Virus record (IMG/VR): IMGVR_UViG_2049941000_000254
DNA from: an uncultured virus (IMG/VR IMGVR_UViG_2049941000_000254)
Taxonomy: Duplodnaviria > Heunggongvirae > Uroviricota > Caudoviricetes
Direction: 5' to 3' (one strand)
DNA: 51,212 nt
Positions 38,121 to 49,232 of this stretch are shown one piece after another. The notes beneath the pieces were generated by a model that saw only the letters and a list, made by a program, of their open reading frames with translations, was not told the origin of the DNA and made no database searches. A program made the position numbers and the translations under genes. How positions within the stretch are numbered: position 1 is the stretch's first letter; each line of letters starts with the position of its first letter.

Positions 38121-38558
38121 ATGAAAAAAGTTAAACTCATTTTTCAAGTTATACATTCGGAACTGTCGGACTGCCTGGCTGAATTCCCGGCAATGATGTG
38201 GATAGCACTGTTCCTCGACTGCCTCCTTGTACTCTACATGTTGCTACTTGGCATTGACGGTATCCTGTTCCCGTCCAGGATGACCACGTTACGCATGGTG
38301 ATAGGGGGATACGGTGTCGTAAACGCCATATTCTTCCTAATCGCCGCGTACATCACATGTAGTGATTTCAACCTTGAACACGAGCCTCCAAGGGATGACC
38401 GCCTGGAAAGGTACGGGAATATCATCGCCCCTATGCTGGTCCTGTTCCCCCTCTTGGCGCCCATGTGGGCCGGTTTCATTGTGACGCTGATACTGGCCTT
38501 CATCTGCGGTGTAATCTACTGGGTATACAAGAAGCTGGAAGACAGGGTTCTTAAATAG
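38121..38558 (+). CDS. Hypothetical multi-pass membrane protein
   Basis: Three to four hydrophobic segments. Confidence 0.7.
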   Translation: MKKVKLIFQVIHSELSDCLAEFPAMMWIALFLDCLLVLYMLLLGIDGILFPSRMTTLRMVIGGYGVVNAIFFLIAAYITCSDFNLEHEPPRDDRLERYGNIIAPMLVLFPLLAPMWAGFIVTLILAFICGVIYWVYKKLEDRVLK

Positions 38559-38869
38559 GAGATAACATGCTCGAAGTTTACAAGGATTGCCTGGAATACG
38601 TCTGGAAGTTGAGGTAGACATGAAACGCTATTCATGGTACGCAGATACAAATTTCATCTATAACAATGATGGCAAGTATGAAGAGGTGGTCATATACAAG
38701 GATAGCGACGGTACCGTTAGGAGCCGTATAGTATTCCATGAGCACTACAGGCCGAACCTGAAAGGTGGCCATCGTCATAACCATATCGACAACAGGTTGC
38801 GCTACTGGAGCCCGTCCAAAAGATGCAGACAGGCGACTCGTAGGGCCCTGCGTACGGAGGAAGAAGAAA

Positions 38870-39380
38870 ATGATTGAAATCTATAAGGAATTCATCGGAG
38901 CCGTCTGGAACTTGATGAAACAGTTCATGATTGGGATTGCCGTGCTCCTGCCGGGAATTATTTTTCTTGCATACATGTTTGTGGCAAACATGCCGGATGT
39001 AGGCTGGTTTCCAGCAATCCTAGTGTTGGCCGCGATTGTCCTGTGGTCCCCGGTGCCCCTGAGGCCTGTATTCTTCAAGGACAAGACATGGGCGGAATCC
39101 TATGCCGCGCTTATGGCAGGACTTGGCATGGCCCTCTTANNNNNNNNNNNNNNNNNNNNNNNNNNNNNNNNNNNNNNNNNNNNNCTTAATCTGCATTCTC
39201 CTGGTACTCTACTTCACCTGGGTGGGCCTCCCCATCATAGCGGGAATGACATACTGTTCATTGACGGCTCAAGAACCGGCGAAGTGGGGGATTATTGGTA
39301 CAGGCGTATTCAATACGGCATGGGGCCCCGGTGCCCACTACCTGTTCTTCAAGGTTCTCGACAAGGTGTTCCCCGGTTAG
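38870..39380 (+). CDS. Hypothetical membrane protein (spans gap)
   Basis: GGAGG SD; TM segments. Confidence 0.55.
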
Positions 39381-39432
39381 CCAGGTTGCCATGTGTGTCC
39401 CCGAATGCTACATTTGCAATAAAGGTATAGCT

Positions 39433-39921
39433 ATGAAGAAGACGGTACGCCAGAAACTTGACGACATTGACCATCAGATTCAGGACCTGCGCAACAAACG
39501 GGCCAAGCTCAGAGCCTCGGTTGATGCCGAGGACACGAATGCGCTCAAAGCCAAGTTCGTTGGCAAGTGGGTGACGCTTGGTGGATGGGGTACCCATGAC
39601 GAGCATACCTACGACAAGGAAGCCGGCGGTCATTACAGGATATTCAGGATCGACAACTTGCGGAAATTCGCTCCCGGCGAGTACCGTCTGGATCGTGATT
39701 GCGATTACCGTCTCACCGTGTCCGATGAACTGGACATGCGTTCTGACGACATGCTATTCTGCAGGACCAAGAAAGACACGAAGTTCGACATCAAGGACAT
39801 GGATCACCTTACGGTAATATCCAATAAGGCACTAGCAAGGGTGCTCCATAGGGTAAACAAGAACATGGGCGCCATGCTGTCCGAACTTACCACGCTTGAA
39901 CATGAATTCACCCATGGCTAA
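39433..39921 (+). CDS. Hypothetical protein
   Basis: Promoter TTGCCA-N17-TACATT at 39386-39414. Confidence 0.75.
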   Translation: MKKTVRQKLDDIDHQIQDLRNKRAKLRASVDAEDTNALKAKFVGKWVTLGGWGTHDEHTYDKEAGGHYRIFRIDNLRKFAPGEYRLDRDCDYRLTVSDELDMRSDDMLFCRTKKDTKFDIKDMDHLTVISNKALARVLHRVNKNMGAMLSELTTLEHEFTHG

Positions 39922-39933
39922 AAGGAAAAATAC

Positions 39934-40218
39934 ATGGTATTTTTAATTCGTGACAACTACATTCTTGCCCATGGCACAAAATGGGACGATGATGATATCA
40001 TCAAGATGTTCCGCGACGAGGCTGAACGACTCTTGTCTACATCGTGCACTGTCTACATTGACGACCAACCGATTAATGCTACACTGCCGAAAACATTCCC
40101 GGAGAAGGTTGATGCGTTGGTTTACTATCTCCTTCAAGGAACTATCGTTTTTAAGTTCAGATGGAACGGAGAGATTTCATCGGAATCCGTGATTAATTTA
40201 CAGACCTACTCTATTTGA
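39934..40218 (+). CDS. Hypothetical protein
   Basis: AAGGA SD. Confidence 0.65.
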   Translation: MVFLIRDNYILAHGTKWDDDDIIKMFRDEAERLLSTSCTVYIDDQPINATLPKTFPEKVDALVYYLLQGTIVFKFRWNGEISSESVINLQTYSI

Positions 40219-40229
40219 GGGAGTTTTTA

Positions 40230-41353
40230 ATGGCAACTACCAAAAAGACAGCAAATTCTAAGACAGTCACAAAGGAAAAAACTATCGATGAGAATATCTT
40301 CGAAAATTTCCCGGCTGATGTCATCAACAAGGCGTTCCCCGTCTTCGCGTCTCAGAAAGTCGATGAAAAATCCTATGAAACGTTGTTTACGCGAGTCACA
40401 AAGTTGACACCGGCTGAAAATCGTGTTTTTAAGGCGATTGTGAAGGAAATTGATGAACGCTGCATGTATGAATGGGCCCTTCCGCTTGATCATACACCGG
40501 AGCAGCGCGAGATTATCAAGAGTCTGGCTGAAAAACTCCCTATGGACAAACTTTGTGATGCTGTGGAGAAGCTGTATGGGATAGGCTATTCCATAAGTCC
40601 GCCGTTTAATTATCCGGGCCAGTGCTCGTTCAAGGAAGATGAAGTCAACCAGCATTACTATCGNNNNNNNNNNNNNNNNNNNNNNNNNNNNNNNNNNNNN
40701 NNNNNNNNNNNNNNNNNNNNNNNNNNNNNNNNNNNNNNNNNNNNNNNNNNNNNNNNNNNNNNNNNNNNNNNNNNNTATGAATCCATATCCGAGCGGAAAG
40801 AAGTTTGATGATTACTGGATGCTCCGACAGGAATTTACCTATCCATCCAGGGATTTTATCTTTGGTATCGAAAATCACCGTGATTACTATGAAACTGATA
40901 ACTTCTTTGCGCGTAGCCTCATGGCGATTACTCATTTCCTCCATATCGGAAGAAATCTTGATGCAAAGATTATTAGCCGCAAGGTAACCATTGATGACCC
41001 TAATGGTAATCTCAAGACTAGGTTCGAAGGATTGAACCATGACATGAATTGCTATGGTAAGTTTGAATTTACAATCCGCTATAAAAAGCTTGGAAAGGAC
41101 CTTACGGTTGTCATCAACCGGGGAAATATCAGCTTGGATACAAGCGGGGTGATGAGGGCATGGTCCAAGATTAAGCAAAGCGGTCTTCGCGATTATGTCT
41201 TCATGCCGGAAAATACTGAAGTTGACCCGGATGTCAAGTACCTTACTGACATCAACAAGCAGAAACTGGATGAGTACCGTAAGCTCATTGACAACCTTCA
41301 TGCTGAAATGACTGGTGATATCGTGACCCTCATGCAGGTATATGAGTCCATTT
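40230..41353 (+). CDS. Hypothetical protein(s), broken by gaps
   Basis: GAGGGAG SD at MATTKK; open frames on both sides of the gap. Confidence 0.55.
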
Positions 41354-41374
41354 NNNNNNNNNNCCCGCAGAGGT

Positions 41375-42301
41375 ATGAACGAAAATACCATGGACCTGTA
41401 CAAGAACGGGCTGTCGCTTGCACCGCACTTCATGAGTCTTGAAGAGGCGAACAGGAAGGTGCGTGATGCCGGTAACGAATATCGCAAGAGAAAGGCGGAA
41501 GAAAAGGCCCGTCAGGAGCAGGAGGACCGCGAGGAACGCATCAGGCGCCAAAAGGATAAGGAGTTCATCGCATATTGTCGCAGTGGCTCATGGCGAGATA
41601 ATGACTATTGCCGTGCGCCATCGATTCAGGATGAACCTGAGGTTGAATCGGAAGATGCCGACCTCGAACAGTTCGATGAGCATGACTTCGAGTATTATCT
41701 CACCCCGATTGAGAAGAAACGCATGGAAGAGGGTGTGCCATACAATATCTTCTGCTGTGGTCTTGTCTTCGTGTGCTCATGGAACCAGATGCTGACCAGT
41801 TCTGCACAGTATATTACCGATGCGTTCAATATCATCGAGAACGGTTGGGAAGTGTACCGTAGCAAGCATGCGCAACTCTACTCTCCAAATGAGCTTACTG
41901 GAGACGAAGGATGTACTTTCAAGGAATTCCTTGCCATCAAGGGCTATACTGAGAAGCAGTTCTTCGACAAGTGGCTCACTTTCATCAACCCTAAGCTTAC
42001 TGGCATGGATGTTGTTTCCTTCCCGGAAGCCAAGGCATATCTTGCTTCGCAGCATAGCGGTAACCCGGATGCTTGGGTGGGTATTCTTCCGGAAGATAAG
42101 GCTAGGTTCTCGAAGGATGAAATCATCGACAATTTCCGTAATGCCGTGTATGTCCGTGGTATTCAGCATGACGCTATCAAGCGTGGTACCCCGTACACTA
42201 GGGAACTCCGTAATGGCACCGAGGAAGATGTAAATAACTATTACAAGTTCCGCAAGGAAAATCCTGGATTCCATCCGATTGTGGTTCAGTATGGAGGTTA
42301 A
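41375..42301 (+). CDS. Hypothetical protein
   Basis: GAGGT SD; long ORF. Confidence 0.75.
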   Translation: MNENTMDLYKNGLSLAPHFMSLEEANRKVRDAGNEYRKRKAEEKARQEQEDREERIRRQKDKEFIAYCRSGSWRDNDYCRAPSIQDEPEVESEDADLEQFDEHDFEYYLTPIEKKRMEEGVPYNIFCCGLVFVCSWNQMLTSSAQYITDAFNIIENGWEVYRSKHAQLYSPNELTGDEGCTFKEFLAIKGYTEKQFFDKWLTFINPKLTGMDVVSFPEAKAYLASQHSGNPDAWVGILPEDKARFSKDEIIDNFRNAVYVRGIQHDAIKRGTPYTRELRNGTEEDVNNYYKFRKENPGFHPIVVQYGG

Positions 42302-42302
42302 A

Positions 42303-42617
42303 ATGGTATCGGAACAAGATGTAAGGAACAGTCTCGACATTTCCAGTGAATATGATGTGGAACTGGACGATGATGTCAAGTTCAACGAGATCCGCCACGG
42401 TGTAGAGTTCAAGTGCAAACATTGCCAGGCCGCATTCATGTCCGGGTTCGACCAGGTGTGGGTCTACAAATGCACCCCCATGCGCGGGAGGGCCCGATGG
42501 TACAACCCGGAACGGAAGGCCAGGTTCATCTTGGCCACCGAGTGCCCGTCCTGCAAGGAACACATTGCCACATGGGCCGCAAACTCCGACACTTTCATGT
42601 ACCTGGGGCGCCAGTAA
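42303..42617 (+). CDS. Hypothetical Zn-ribbon protein (CKHC...CPSC)
   Basis: GGAGG SD; two CxxC motifs. Confidence 0.7.
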   Translation: MVSEQDVRNSLDISSEYDVELDDDVKFNEIRHGVEFKCKHCQAAFMSGFDQVWVYKCTPMRGRARWYNPERKARFILATECPSCKEHIATWAANSDTFMYLGRQ

Positions 42618-43073
42618 TGCACGGTCCCGTGGTCACGAAGGCGGATTTCTACGAGGCATGCGAACGGTACTTTCCCGAGCATGATATCGTGTTTACGCAC
42701 AGCCGCATCAGCGACCGGCGGTTCACCGACTGCATGGTGGGCGAGAAGCTAGTCATGCGGTTCTGTCCACCGGACAAGTACGACGTGCCACAGACGGTCA
42801 TCCTCTTTCCCGAGGGGATGGAACCGTTGCGTTGCATGCTGCAGGAAGAACTGTGGGATATTCTCAAAAACTTACAGGAGCCATAGGATGAACGAAAAGG
42901 AATACATGAAAAGGGCGATGAAAGGTTTCACCGATAATGGATTTCAACCGATTGCCCTTATTGCAACCGGCATTGAATTTTTGATTCACGAAAAATATCT
43001 CGAAGGTGCCGCGCCGGAAACCGTGGTTGACACCTACAAGCAGGAACATGGTATTAGCTAATAGGAAGCTATC

Positions 43074-43511
43074 ATGTCACAGGATCCAGCATTTGACAGA
43101 TACAGGGCCGACCTGGAAAAATATGCCTCCGAAATGGTACGCGAGGGGCATATTACTCACGACTGGGTAGCTGAACGGCGTAGGCTCGCGACTTCCGATG
43201 CGGACCTATGGGTACGCAACTACGGCGACCGTATTCCCGAGAGCGCAAAGGAAGATTTGCACAAATATGTGTACCTCCTGCACTTCGGGGGCGCTGTCCG
43301 TACCATTCGGATAAAGGCCGCCATGTTAAAAATGGATATGCCGAACTGGTTCTACTATGCGAAACCGATACTTCAGCATGACGGAACGGTAGTCCTGTGC
43401 GCCGATGCAACAATCGAACGCATAAGTAAGATAAACAGCATGCTCGATGCCCGTATCGGGAAAATCATAGAGATGACAGACTCTGGGCCCGAGTATTTGG
43501 CGCTCAGTTAG
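43074..43511 (+). CDS. Hypothetical protein
   Basis: AGGA SD. Confidence 0.7.
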   Translation: MSQDPAFDRYRADLEKYASEMVREGHITHDWVAERRRLATSDADLWVRNYGDRIPESAKEDLHKYVYLLHFGGAVRTIRIKAAMLKMDMPNWFYYAKPILQHDGTVVLCADATIERISKINSMLDARIGKIIEMTDSGPEYLALS

Positions 43512-44241
43512 GAATTTTGCGGTTCTCCACCCAGATTTTCTTCAATTCCGGGTGCTCATATTCCAGACGGCCCCACATTTCACTGATTTCCTTGAATTCT
43601 CGCCCGTGAACACGCCCGATTGCCTTGTCCTGGGCGAAAGCGTTTATGATGAGGACCGAGTTGGCATCTATGGACACGTAGTGCGTCCTGTTCAGTAGGC
43701 ACAGGAGCCGCATGAACTCGTCGTCCATGAACTTGAAATACTTGATGCCGAACTGTTCATCCAGGTCATAGGTGGAACCCGCCGGATAGAGGGCGACACC
43801 GTACCTCACACAGTCGATGGAGCGCTTCCCGATCCAGGAATAGGGTTTCCCGTCGCACCCGTAGATTACCCGGTCCGGGTTCTTGCGGTGGAGTTCCCAT
43901 AGGGTCTTCATGAAGTGCGGGTAGGCGGTGGAATCGTCGTCCACGGTGATTATCGGCAAGTCCGGGTACTTCTTCCTCACAGGGAAGAATTTTTTGTATG
44001 GCCCGGTATTTTCTTTGGTCCAGAGGATTTCGAAGTTGTCGCATCCCCTGGCCATTTTCAGGATGCACTCGGGGACTTCCTTCTCTTTCTTGGTAAANNN
44101 NNNNNNNGATGACAGCACCAGTACCACCTTGAACGGTACCGGGGATTCCTGGGATATGTATGAGAAGATAACGGGGCCGGTGAGCTCGTTGTAGATGCGC
44201 CCTTTCCAGCTTGTAAGCGAGACAATGACTTGCGGTTCCAT
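43504..44241 (-). CDS. GT-A fold glycosyltransferase (GT2-like)
   Basis: VIVSLTSWKGRI, EILW...NTGPYKK, IITVDDD (DxD). Confidence 0.8.
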   Translation of the reverse strand: MEPQVIVSLTSWKGRIYNELTGPVIFSYISQESPVPFKVVLVLSXXXXFTKKEKEVPECILKMARGCDNFEILWTKENTGPYKKFFPVRKKYPDLPIITVDDDSTAYPHFMKTLWELHRKNPDRVIYGCDGKPYSWIGKRSIDCVRYGVALYPAGSTYDLDEQFGIKYFKFMDDEFMRLLCLLNRTHYVSIDANSVLIINAFAQDKAIGRVHGREFKEISEMWGRLEYEHPELKKIWVENRKIPN

Positions 44242-44296
44242 ACCCGAAAACTACTCTACTGTTGCCATGCGGTCGCGAAAATGCTACATTTTGAGC

Positions 44297-44599
44297 ATGA
44301 GTGAAAATACCGCATACGAACAGAAAGACCTGACTATGGTCGTCTCGGAACCGATCCGCAATCCCTGGGTCGAAATGACCCTCAATGCCAAGGCGTACTT
44401 CGAGGCCTACCGTGGCCTGTGCCGTCTCCGTATCGAGGTAGCCAGGCTTTACGAGGACAAGGCGTGGGACGAGGTGGACTGGAAGCCGTACGAGGAGTGC
44501 AAGAAGCGTGCCGAGTTCTGGGTTCGTTCCGGTGAATACTGGAAAAAGAAACTGGAAGAATCCTTCCAGCGCGAGAAGGACTACATGGAGGGCAAGTAG
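44297..44599 (+). CDS. Hypothetical protein, leaderless
   Basis: TTGCCA-N17-TACATT-N6-ATG. Confidence 0.75.
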   Translation: MSENTAYEQKDLTMVVSEPIRNPWVEMTLNAKAYFEAYRGLCRLRIEVARLYEDKAWDEVDWKPYEECKKRAEFWVRSGEYWKKKLEESFQREKDYMEGK

Positions 44600-45514
44600 A
44601 TGGAACCGTTTAGCAAAAATTACGATACGGATTGGATTGAGACCAAGGAAGTCGGCGGTGGGTTCTTCAGTACCGAAGACCGTCATACGGTATATAATAC
44701 GCATGTGATACCGGTAAAATTCAGTTTTCTGAAAGAACTTTCAAACGGATATCTTATTTTTGAAATGAGCAAGCCGAATGCAAATCTTGGTAATTCGTTC
44801 GATGAACGGTTTTCCAATGCGTCCTATGCTATTATTCACNNNNNNNNNNTCGAGTGGATTTACCAGCAGTATATGTATGAGCAGGCTGGTGAAACTGGGT
44901 TTGAACATCCGTTGTGGGGATATTATCAATCCCCGAAAACTCTGACTAACCACATCTTCCTGAAACTCAAGGAAACGATTCCGTCCAAGCGGTGGTATGG
45001 CCATACTGATGTCTGCATTAACAATGTGACCAAGATTAAGAAGACTTGCATGGTGAAGGATGATTTCCTTGCCACCTTGGAACGCATCCTTGATTACGAA
45101 ATCAACAAGGTTACCAAGACGACAGCCAAGCAGTTGAACAAGGGTCTTTCTATGGACGACTTGTTCAAGCGGGATATCCTTCCCATTTGCGAAAAGGCTA
45201 TGAACAAGTTGGAATCATTTGGGTTACCGAAGATGTCAATTCACAAATTGAATGGCGACCATACATACGTGGAATATGTCATCCGAGAGGAATCGTACAA
45301 TATCAACCGGGTATTCATCTCGTATTATCCCGATAAGAAACGAAAGGTGTTGGTGTATAACAACGATGTAAGTGTGTTCAATGATAAATATCATGAACAT
45401 GTCAGCGACTTTGGATACCAGTCTGGTATCGTATCCGAGATTGAAATCTTTGGCGCCATACTGGCCGCGTATTTTGCTGACCGTTTCACTGCTTTACAGG
45501 AGTTGATGAAGTGA
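44600..45514 (+). CDS. Hypothetical protein (spans gap)
   Basis: TAGATG coupling. Confidence 0.6.
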   Translation: MEPFSKNYDTDWIETKEVGGGFFSTEDRHTVYNTHVIPVKFSFLKELSNGYLIFEMSKPNANLGNSFDERFSNASYAIIHXXXXEWIYQQYMYEQAGETGFEHPLWGYYQSPKTLTNHIFLKLKETIPSKRWYGHTDVCINNVTKIKKTCMVKDDFLATLERILDYEINKVTKTTAKQLNKGLSMDDLFKRDILPICEKAMNKLESFGLPKMSIHKLNGDHTYVEYVIREESYNINRVFISYYPDKKRKVLVYNNDVSVFNDKYHEHVSDFGYQSGIVSEIEIFGAILAAYFADRFTALQELMK

Positions 45515-45990
45515 ACGATACCGAACTCAAAACAATCCTCGCCATGCGATGCAAGGAATACAACGAGGAAATCCATAAGCAGCTGATAGACCGCATGGCC
45601 CACATGTCCGATGACCCGGATGCCCTCTTGAAGCACTTCGCACACCTGGTCGAGGTGTTCAACAACCAGGTATGGCTCATCCATATCTATCGCGAGTACA
45701 TCACGGCAATCAACCGCGAGCTCGATGCCCAGTGCAATGCCGCGAAGGAACAGGGCGCCAAGCTCAACACCGGGAACTTCGCCAAGATTATGGACCAGTT
45801 CAACCAGCGTATCAACGAGGCCAGGGAACTGTGCACCCGTTGCGAACCGGACTCCTTCCTGAAAACGGGCATTTTCAAGATTACTCAGTTGAATAAGGAC
45901 GAACCTGCCGATGCTCCAGTGTTCAAGACCCCCAGGAACGTGCCCAAGAAGCCGGATTTCGACGATGACCTGGGTACTATGATGGTATGA
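45511..45990 (+). CDS. Hypothetical protein
   Basis: GTGA overlap, GGAG SD. Confidence 0.65.
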   Translation: MNDTELKTILAMRCKEYNEEIHKQLIDRMAHMSDDPDALLKHFAHLVEVFNNQVWLIHIYREYITAINRELDAQCNAAKEQGAKLNTGNFAKIMDQFNQRINEARELCTRCEPDSFLKTGIFKITQLNKDEPADAPVFKTPRNVPKKPDFDDDLGTMMV

Positions 45991-46015
45991 NNNNNNNNNN
46001 TCGATTTGGGGGTTC

Positions 46016-46468
46016 ATGGCGGAATTCGGTGCACACATGCACATGGGAATGCCCGGCCCCTGCTTCGAGGACAACCAGGTATTCTTCGAGACCGACGAAC
46101 TCTGTCCCATCTACGACGTGGCACCCAAGGTACCGGATCCGGTTACCTATTCAGTCACCAAGGGAAGTGACGTTGTCATCGAGACCGATTTCAAGGATGG
46201 CGAAACGGTTCGGGTTAACTTCGAGAACCTGGAAGAGGAAGGGCTCGACCTGCAACAGAAATTGAATAGACTGGAAGAAGGACCCCATCACGTGTTCGCC
46301 TACTGGGGAATCCCCGGCGAACCGTTGTCGATATGGAATGACAAGATCGTAGACGGTGAGCAGGACTACATCATACACGAAGGAAAGAACAAGATTATCA
46401 TTCACAACCAGTATGATGGGGTACTCAAATGCAAGCTCAGTTTCGCCGCATACAAGACGGGGAAATAA
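46016..46468 (+). CDS. Hypothetical acidic protein (start may lie in gap)
   Basis: Open frame coupled by TAATG to the next gene (46468-46686). Confidence 0.6.
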   Translation: MAEFGAHMHMGMPGPCFEDNQVFFETDELCPIYDVAPKVPDPVTYSVTKGSDVVIETDFKDGETVRVNFENLEEEGLDLQQKLNRLEEGPHHVFAYWGIPGEPLSIWNDKIVDGEQDYIIHEGKNKIIIHNQYDGVLKCKLSFAAYKTGK

Positions 46469-46672
46469 TGATTACCTGGACACTGCTTATCATCTACGCG
46501 ACCACCAATACCCCACAGTTGGGTATGGTGGGTTCCGGCCTCAGCGGCATCGGAGCCACCTCCATTCCGGGCTTCACATCGGAAAAGACCTGTCTTGAAG
46601 CAAAAGAAAAGGTCCTCGAAATGAAGGACCTTTGGAAGAATAACAAGATTAAGCCGTTCGGTATCGACTGCA

Positions 46673-47433
46673 TCAAGGTGCAGTAACCGGATCCTTCCAG
46701 AAGCAATACAAGCAGCCGTGCGGGCATCTGCCAGGTTTCGTTCCAAGAATCTGTTTCTTGGCGAGACATTTACAGTCCCCACGCTGCTTTTTGTCTGGAG
46801 CCCCATATTCTTGCCGGACATTAAAGTCAATTCCGAGNNNNNNNNNNCACATCCACGGCTCTCAAAATTATACGGGAACAGTTTCGGCTCGGCACAGCAT
46901 TCGAACTGGAACGTATGGTAATATGGACAGAAAATCGAATCAATGCGCCTGAATACGGCATCCGGCGCAGTGAAAGTATCGTAGAAGACCTTGTAGCCTA
47001 CCGCTGCAAGTCGTTCTTTTACATGGGGATACAGGTCCACCACGGACACTCGGCACCTGATATACCTCTGATACTCCTCGACCACGGGCTTCCACAGTTC
47101 CAATACCTTGATGATGTTGTCCTGTGTTTCCTTTGACCACAGGATAATCGGATCGAGCCGGAGGACATAGTGGGTCAGCGGGAAACCTCGGGACAGCAGC
47201 TTCCTAAACTGTGCAAATTCATGTTCCGGGGTCTGGACATTGGGTTCGAGGATAGTACCGCCCTGCCCGGTGACGGTATGATGGAAGATTACACGGTCCT
47301 GGACAAGAAGGAGCTTCTCAATCATCTCGTCGTTGAGTTCCTTGGAGATGACGATGTTTGCTTCCAGGAGCTTCGTTTCCCAGTCAGGAACAAAGCACGG
47401 GTCATATGTCTCAGTTATCCCTATCTTTTTCAT
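46673..47433 (-). CDS. DUF1848 / spore-photoproduct-lyase-like Fe-S protein (spans gap)
   Basis: TVTG.GGT.LEPNV, RLDPII, CCAE; manually read C-terminus QRGDCKC...RCPHGCLYCFW. Confidence 0.75.
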
Positions 47434-47665
47434 CACCTGCCTCCCTGTGACAAGTAAGGACAATCTTCTCGCCGGTCTCGCTGTTGATCCATGTAATCTC
47501 GTAAGCCTTGCCGCCTGGTTTAATCTTCCCAAGCATGAACTCGGCGACAGACCTCAGGGCCTCGCCAGTCACTTCGCTCTTGTTCTTCCATTCGCCAGGT
47601 TTCTTGATGGTACCGGCATAGATACCGGCCAGTCCGCATCCCACATGATACTCAGTCATTTTCAT
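47411..47665 (-). CDS. Hypothetical phage protein (YHVGCGLAGIYAGT...)
   Basis: Overlaps the next gene; starts at the IscB element boundary. Confidence 0.7.
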   Translation of the reverse strand: MKMTEYHVGCGLAGIYAGTIKKPGEWKNKSEVTGEALRSVAEFMLGKIKPGGKAYEITWINSETGEKIVLTCHREAGDEKDRDN

Positions 47666-47720
47666 AAATGTATGCAGTGCGGAAACTCACCCATCTTTAG
47701 TGGGTATGAGGAGCGCTGCT
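47666..47720 (-). mobile_element. 3' end of the IscB IS200/605 element, followed by ATGAAA (candidate TAM)
   Basis: Hairpin CTCATACCCACTAAAGATGGGTGAG then TTTCCGC..., typical of IscB ends. Confidence 0.55.
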
Positions 47721-48834
47721 TCCTCCATAATGTAGGTGTTGTTGTGATGTTTTAGGGTCAGCTTCTTGTAACTGACCGAATCTGCTAGAACTTTTCCGGT
47801 GATATCAGCAACCGAAAACGATCCCGACATCCTACGTCCGCTCAGAAAGCACTCCCTGTATGCATACCTGACGGAATCCATCAGCCGGAATCCCCTTACT
47901 TCACGTGGTGCCTGGTTGTTTCTACGCTTGCCGCCCCGAAGAATGGTTGCATGGTGCAGTTGCCTGTTGTTCACATGCAACTTGCGGATAATCCAGTACT
48001 TGCCATCTGAACATGCACACGGATTGCCGCTGATGCAGCGGGCATCTATCACATGTTCCTTCGGAAGTCCATGGCTAGTGCGGGTATGTTTGGTGATGTA
48101 ACCATATGTATCGTAACAAGGAATTACCTCACCGATTTCCTCCTTCAGCCTGTTGAATAGCGCTTTCCGCATGATACCCATCTGTGCCGCGTCACGCAGC
48201 GATGTACCACGTCTTGCAGTCTTCGACAGATCGATTTCTCCACGGTGGTACTTAGCATGGCATTCCGAGCACAACGTGATAATGTTGTTAGGTGCATCAC
48301 CGCCTGTCTTCCGACTCTCGATGTGGTGGACATGCAGCTTCTTGTCCTTGGACTTTCCCTTGCAGCACTGGCATTTGTGCCCGTCTCGACACAGCACGTA
48401 TTCCCGCACATTAGAGAATCCGAGCTGTTCGCCCTTCTGGTAGTCGGTACCCTGAGGCAACGGAAGCCCCTGTGTCTGGGCCTTCAACAGCTGGGTATCG
48501 AACTGCGCAGTTTCCACCGTTATCTTCTTGATAGGCAAGAACTTGCAGATTCTCGAAATCCAGTGGATATGACAATCCACCTTCTGTCTTACGGAAGGTG
48601 CAATCCATCCCGGCTTCTTGGACCCAGTCCTGTTCAGGAACCGAGGCTTGCGGTAGCGAGTTTTCCTGTTCCTTCTGGTCCGACGGAACTCCCTTCGTGC
48701 AGCCAGCTTGGCTACGATATCCGACCTCAGCAATAATTCTGCTTCGAAAAGTACCTTCTTCTTGGTAGTCGCGGAAAAGCCTACATGCTTCGTACCCGCG
48801 TCTACGCCTAGACTGACCCCCTGGACGCCGTTTG
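47687..48834 (-). CDS. iscB: IscB RNA-guided nuclease (N-terminus in gap)
   Basis: RuvC-I GVDAGTK, Arg-rich bridge RREFRRTRRNRKTRYRKPRF, RuvC-II VETAQFD, HNH HVHHIESR...NIITLCSECH, RuvC-III HVIDA. Confidence 0.95.
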
Positions 48835-49232
48835 GNNNNNNNNNNNNNNNNNNNNNNNNNNNNNNNNNNNNNNNNNNNNNNNNNNNNNNNNNNNNNNNNN
48901 NNNNNNNNNNNNNNNNNNNNNNNNNNNNNNNNNNNNNNNNNNNNNATCAGGGCGTACCTGCTACTGAGGTTCCCTTGGCTCATGACGGGCCCGGAGCCGG
49001 TGGACTTTTACTATATCGGGGTTAACGCGGCCAAGTTCAAGGTGTTCCGCGCAGAAACCAAGCGTGGCAGCTTCGTGGACTTCATGTACAACCAGTACCA
49101 GGAAGTCCAGTGGTTGAAGGATCGGCTTACCTGGCCGTTCCCCGAGGAACATCCGGAACTCGAGCATGAGATGTACAATGTCTTGTACGGGGGTGTTCCC
49201 GAGGAGAATATCGGGAAGGTTCTGGACCTGAT

